DNA of 63,947 nt, filler included, from an uncultured bacterium (lineage in GTDB: Bacteria; CAZSTA01), in the NCBI GenBank assembly GCA_964609495.1. It is 3 parts of 3 records of this genome, joined end to end, with 100 filler letters (N's around TTAATTAATTAA, not from the genome) between each part and the next. Parts side by side here need not be neighbours in the genome. Positions count along the whole stretch, not along the records: positions 56,635 to 63,947 come from CAZSTA010000185.1; 2 more parts are not named here. One strand, given 5' to 3'. The notes under the pieces are model-generated. The model was given only the letters and a program-made list of their open reading frames with translations. It did not search any database and was not told the DNA's origin. The position numbers were made by a program, and so were the translations under genes. Positions 59,605-63,947 of this stretch are shown here, piece by piece. Each line of letters opens with the position of its first letter. Position 1 is the stretch's first letter.

Positions 59605-60396
59605 CTAAATATCCTTATCTTCTTCCTCACCCTCATTGAAGATATTGGCTAGAACATCATCTACTAGGGTATCATCTCTCCCCTCTTCATCTTCCTCCTT
59701 GGACTTCTTCTTAGGAGGAATCTCCTCCGATTCTTCCTGACCAGTATCCTCCATCGAGAGAGCAAACTTCAAATCTGAGATTATGGAATTCTTCTCCTTG
59801 ATCTCCGCCTCCTTCTTCTCCAGTTCCTCCCGCAAAGATTCTACCTCATCCTGTAACTCTTCTATGACCTCGGCTTGGGCTGGAGAGGGTTCTCCAGTAT
59901 CTTGCATAGAAATGGAGAACTTCAAATCTGAGATTATCGTATCTTTATCCTTGATCTCCTCATCCTTCCCCTTGATCTCCTTATCCCTCTCTGCTAATTC
60001 CTCCCTCAACTGATCTATCTCTTTTTCCATCTCCTCAAGCCGATCATCTGAGACTTCCGCCTCTGCGGTCGCTATTTCTTCCCCGGTAGCCATCTCCAAA
60101 GCCTCTCTAAGATCAGCGATCTTCTCCGCCATCTCGGAGATGCTCGATCTCAGATCGGCTATCATAGAATCTTTTTCAGCGATTTCAGTATCCTTTCCCC
60201 TCAAGAGCCGAGCCACATCCTCAGGAATAGATGTAGAAACCTCTCCTTCTTCAGCCACGATCGGCTTGCTCTCCTCTTCCTCTTCTCTCTCCCCCCTGAT
60301 TCTCCAAGGGATAAATACAACAAGTGCCCCTATCACCATCCATAATATAACCAATATGATATTTGTACTCCATAATTCCTGCCATAGCTGTGACAT
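59605..60396 (-). CDS. Membrane-anchored acidic coiled-coil protein with internal repeats
   Basis: N-terminal TM, Glu-rich coiled coil, three K(D/N)..I.DL(K/R) repeats. Confidence 0.7.
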   Translation of the reverse strand: MSQLWQELWSTNIILVILWMVIGALVVFIPWRIRGEREEEEESKPIVAEEGEVSTSIPEDVARLLRGKDTEIAEKDSMIADLRSSISEMAEKIADLREALEMATGEEIATAEAEVSDDRLEEMEKEIDQLREELAERDKEIKGKDEEIKDKDTIISDLKFSISMQDTGEPSPAQAEVIEELQDEVESLREELEKKEAEIKEKNSIISDLKFALSMEDTGQEESEEIPPKKKSKEEDEEGRDDTLVDDVLANIFNEGEEEDKDI

Positions 60397-60463
60397 TTCT
60401 ATCCCCCCTTCACAAGGCGAGCGAACTAAATTTTATATCTATTAAGCACAAAGGCTTTTACTC

Positions 60464-60492
60464 ATAATACCACAAAGATAGAGTATTGTCAA
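60464..60492 (-). promoter_or_regulatory. sigma70 promoter
   Basis: TTGACA-17 bp-TATTAT with extended -10 TG. Confidence 0.6.
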
Positions 60493-60511
60493 GTGGTGTT
60501 TAGCATTAATT

Positions 60512-61977
60512 TCAAGGAGAACCAACAACAGAACCATACAGAAAAGCTAACAAAGTTACAACCTTTCCCACTTCAGCTAATTTATCAGGATCTATCCTAT
60601 CAACAGTATCCTCGGGGGTATGTAAAACCCATTCATACCCGGAGTAGATGAACATAACGGCTGGGATTCCTGCTTGGAGAAAAGCACCATGATCGCTATC
60701 TCGCTGATCTCCTATGGAGTTCACTATAACGTGCAAAAGTTGAGCAACCTCCAGCGTAGTTGAGAATATATCTCGGGAGAGATACTCGTTAGTTACATCC
60801 AACATAGCGCTCTCCTCCCCTCCCACAGTATCCAATTGGATCATTCCGTAGGTATCTTTTAGAGGGATGATCGGATTCCGAACATAATAACTCGATCCTT
60901 TTAACCCCAACTCCTCCCCTGTCCAAGCCGCGAAGAGTATCGAAGTTCGCGGCTTGNNNNNNNNNNCAATACCACCGCTACTCCAGAGGCATCATCACTC
61001 GCCCCATAGAAAATAGGGCCATCTGGATCCTTGCCTATATGGTCATAGTGGGCGGAGATTATGAGAACTCTATCCTTCAACTTGGGATCGGTCCCCGGAA
61101 GAAATCCCAAAACATTTCTGGCTGGAACATCGTCGGCGAAATCCAAATCTACGAGAAGATGAACTCTCTTGTTCAGAGCGAAAGCTATAGATTCCTTACT
61201 CCTGTCCGTCTTATCCTTTAAGGAACGATAAGTATATCCGCTACCTTCGAGAAGATCATCAGCTACTCCCTCGGTTATATACAGCATAGGGATAGTTTTG
61301 GCAGGTTTAGGGCCTATATAAACGCTCTTCATCCTAGTCGTACGCATAGAATATCGACTGGAGGGGGCTTCGCTTATGGTTAGCATCGCAATTGCCTCGT
61401 TATCTATAGCAGTTCTCAGTCTATCCGTGCTATCGGGACCACCAATTAGGCAAAGGACGATCTTACCCTTAACGTCGATATCCTGATAATCATCGCCATA
61501 TCCATATCCTACATATACCACCTCCGCCGTTTCTTCTCCTGCTCCACTTGGCCCAAAGGTGGATTCTCGAAAATCAGAGCGAGGAATATATCTCTTCAAC
61601 ACCTCTTCTCCCTCCCCCACCATCTCCAGAACTAAAGGGGAACGAAGATAAACCGCCTCGGTTTTGAAGTTTTGGAAGTAGGTATCGTCATCTCCCTTAG
61701 GAAGCAATCCAATCTTGGCGAACTCACGAGCTATATATTCTGCTGCTAAGTCACACCCCTCCGTTCCCGTCATCCTTCCCTCAAATTCCTCTGAGGAGAG
61801 ATAAACTATCCTATCCCAAGCCGCCTGACCATCGAACTTCTGGATATATTCGATGATCTCGTCAATTTGACTCTCCCTCGTTACCACTTGCGTGTGGACG
61901 GGAACACTACTCGTTAGGATTAAAAAGAGAAATACAGCCGATAATACTATCTTAAAATAATCTCTGTTAAGCATCAC
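60512..61977 (-). CDS. M28 family aminopeptidase with PA domain (single gene split by a 10-N gap at 60957-60966)
   Basis: SAHYDH and DDASG before the gap; KPRTSILFAAWTGEELG, LDTVG, SDH and LHTPED after it. Confidence 0.9.
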
Positions 61978-61992
61978 CGTTTATCACTCTCC

Positions 61993-63297
61993 TTAAATCG
62001 TTTTCAATCTTGCCCTTATACTATCCCCAAGAAAAAGCAAACTATAGGAGGCAAACATCGCTAGGTATATATCCAAAGGGATTCTGAATCTGGTGGAGGC
62101 CCAAAAGAGCATATACATAAGGGTGAAGGAGATAAAGAGAAAATATAGGAGAAGAATCCTCTTGAACTTTGCGTCTGCGAAGATGGTGGATAAGATCATC
62201 CCCAGGAGACTGAGGATAAGAAGAGGAGCATAGGATATCGAGTAAGTCAATCTTTTGAGGCGATCTGTGCCCGGATATATATTCCAACTCCAAAGCTTTA
62301 TGAACTTCATACCCGCTAATTTCAGGAAGGTAGCGGGATTTTTATTGATGAATTCCACCCCCTTTTGGAAGAACCACCTATCCCTTTCCGCCTCGGAGAG
62401 ATTTGATAGGTATCTATACTCCTCCCCAGTTATCAGCCCCATCCCTCCTATATTCTCCAAACTGCTCATCTGTCTCATAACCCTCTCCGTGAGACGATTA
62501 TTGCCCAATAGGAAGTTATAACCCCCATTGGTGGCTATCGATACTATACGCCCTTGGACGAAGTAATTTCTGATCGTCCAGGGAAGTATAGTTAAGATCA
62601 GGAAGAGAACTATAACTCCAGCTATCTTAGTAACCTTCTTCCAATTCTTCCCTCCAAGATATATAAATATCCACAATATCCCAAAGGGAACGAAGGCTAA
62701 GATAGTCGGTCTGCACAAAGCGGCTAGCCCTAACAAGATCCCCGTTGCTATTTGATTATAGAGGGAAGGGGATTCGGGTATCTTAAGAAGGCATAATATA
62801 CCGCCCGCGGTAAGGAGGGCGAAGAGAGAGGTTTCTATAATTCGAGTGTCATGGTATATCATATAAGGATAGCACGCTATTATCAATGAGGCTAAAAACC
62901 CCACCCTCTTAGAGAAGAGCTTTTTACCGATAAAATAGGTGAGTAGGCAGGTGGAAGCTCCTACCAGAGATTGAAATATCCCAACGGAAAGGTAACTTCT
63001 TCCGAAGAGACGATATACCAAGGCTAAAAAGAAGGGATAAGCAGGAGCTCGTAAGGAAGTGAAACGAGTGGGAGGAAGAACAAAAGAGCCAACATTGATA
63101 AAAGTGTATTTGTGATACCTTAGCATATTAGTAGCTAAAATATCATACGATAGATCTCCAGTTATGGCAGACAGCTTAATAGCTACAATAAGCCTTAAGA
63201 GAAACGCTATAAAGAAGATAAGCGATAGACAGAATCTCTCATCTTCCCATAAGCGAGAAATAGGCCTCGAATTAGAGCTTAGGTCGGAATAAGCCAA
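61993..63297 (-). CDS. ArnT/PMT-like (GT-C fold) membrane glycosyltransferase
   Basis: Multiple TMs; RAPAYPFFLA, IETSL, LCRP, PWTIRN, RFRIP. Confidence 0.85.
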   Translation of the reverse strand: MAYSDLSSNSRPISRLWEDERFCLSLIFFIAFLLRLIVAIKLSAITGDLSYDILATNMLRYHKYTFINVGSFVLPPTRFTSLRAPAYPFFLALVYRLFGRSYLSVGIFQSLVGASTCLLTYFIGKKLFSKRVGFLASLIIACYPYMIYHDTRIIETSLFALLTAGGILCLLKIPESPSLYNQIATGILLGLAALCRPTILAFVPFGILWIFIYLGGKNWKKVTKIAGVIVLFLILTILPWTIRNYFVQGRIVSIATNGGYNFLLGNNRLTERVMRQMSSLENIGGMGLITGEEYRYLSNLSEAERDRWFFQKGVEFINKNPATFLKLAGMKFIKLWSWNIYPGTDRLKRLTYSISYAPLLILSLLGMILSTIFADAKFKRILLLYFLFISFTLMYMLFWASTRFRIPLDIYLAMFASYSLLFLGDSIRARLKTI

Positions 63298-63363
63298 GAT
63301 ATCATCCTCTCTTTTGATATATTAAAGCTCCTGCCCACCTCTTCACTAATACAATTTGCTATC

Positions 63364-63947
63364 CTAATCGCCAGTTGATAATACGGACATAGATCTTAAT
63401 CTCTCGATAATAGGAGGTAGAACCTCTATAACTCTATCTATATCCTCCTCGGTAGTATCCCTCCCTAAGGTCATCCTCAGAGAGCCATGAGCTATCTCAG
63501 GAGGTATCCCCATCGCTAGAAGAACATGAGAAGGCTCTAGGGAACCAGAGGTGCAAGCCGATCCACTGGAGGCGGCTATCCCCTCCATATCGAGACTTAA
63601 AAGTATCGATTCTCCCTCAACGAACTCTATACAGACATTCGCATTATTGGGAAGCCTTTGAGTAGGATGACCATTTAAACGAACCCTATCTATATTATCG
63701 ATTATCCCTTTAATTAGTCTATCTCGAAGAGCAGTAGTCCGCTCGATCTCCCCCTCCATCTCGCCTTCAACTATCTCCACAGCCTTACCAAAGCCAACTA
63801 TCCCAGGGACGTTTTCTGTACCAGCTCTCCTTTTTCTCTCATGCCCACCTCCGTGAATCAGAGGGGTCATCCTCGTTCCCCTTCTTATATACAAAGCACC
63901 CACACCCTTTGGCCCATATATCTTATGCGCCGACATCGAGAGAAGAT
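63364..63947 (-). CDS. iscS: Cysteine desulfurase IscS/NifS (5' truncated by window edge)
   Basis: [33 protein letters not shown]. Confidence 0.96.
   Translation of the reverse strand, partial: LLSMSAHKIYGPKGVGALYIRRGTRMTPLIHGGGHERKRRAGTENVPGIVGFGKAVEIVEGEMEGEIERTTALRDRLIKGIIDNIDRVRLNGHPTQRLPNNANVCIEFVEGESILLSLDMEGIAASSGSACTSGSLEPSHVLLAMGIPPEIAHGSLRMTLGRDTTEEDIDRVIEVLPPIIERLRSMSVLSTGD

Noticed and set aside
60901..60966. Apparent frameshift splitting the M28 peptidase, next to an 11-bp inverted repeat (60924-60956)
   Set aside because: The break coincides with a 10-N placeholder and conserved motifs continue on both sides, so this is an assembly gap rather than a pseudogene or recoding

Overview
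Gene-dense, moderately AT-rich bacterial DNA that looks like a draft or metagenome-assembled genome. It consists of three separate contigs (1-28350, 28451-56534, 56635-63947) joined by artificial N/TTAATTAATTAA/N linkers, so adjacency across the linkers carries no biological meaning. The organism appears to be an anaerobe with Firmicutes/Terrabacteria-type core genes (eno-ftsB, tilS-hpt-ftsH, addBA, TPP riboswitch-thiT-thiN, lexA with a CGAAC-N4-GTTCG box) and apparent outer-membrane genes (LolA-like protein, putative beta-barrel, TPR protein). Other content: five tRNAs (Leu-TAA, fMet, Met, Phe-GAA, Thr-CGT), metK, comF, aroE, iscS, a polar amino-acid ABC transporter, a GH38 mannosidase and two uncharacterised catabolic clusters. 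No CRISPR array, rRNA, transposase, integrase or reverse transcriptase was seen. Most interesting observations: (1) a lone sugar-binding-protein gene bracketed by a 16-bp inverted repeat that starts at its predicted transcription start; (2) an attC-like site behind a GC-rich SDR gene in a small accessory islet; (3) a radical SAM protein and a split PlsA/Ger-like activase pair that may make membrane-spanning or ether lipids; (4) a HARE-HTH protein carrying a degenerate restriction-endonuclease-like domain; (5) a nested-palindrome MITE-like element with boxC-like repeats; (6) a fused MNT-HEPN gene, a cinA relic, IS200/IS605-type end hairpins and a tandem-repeat protein. All product calls come from motif recognition by eye, not from database searches.
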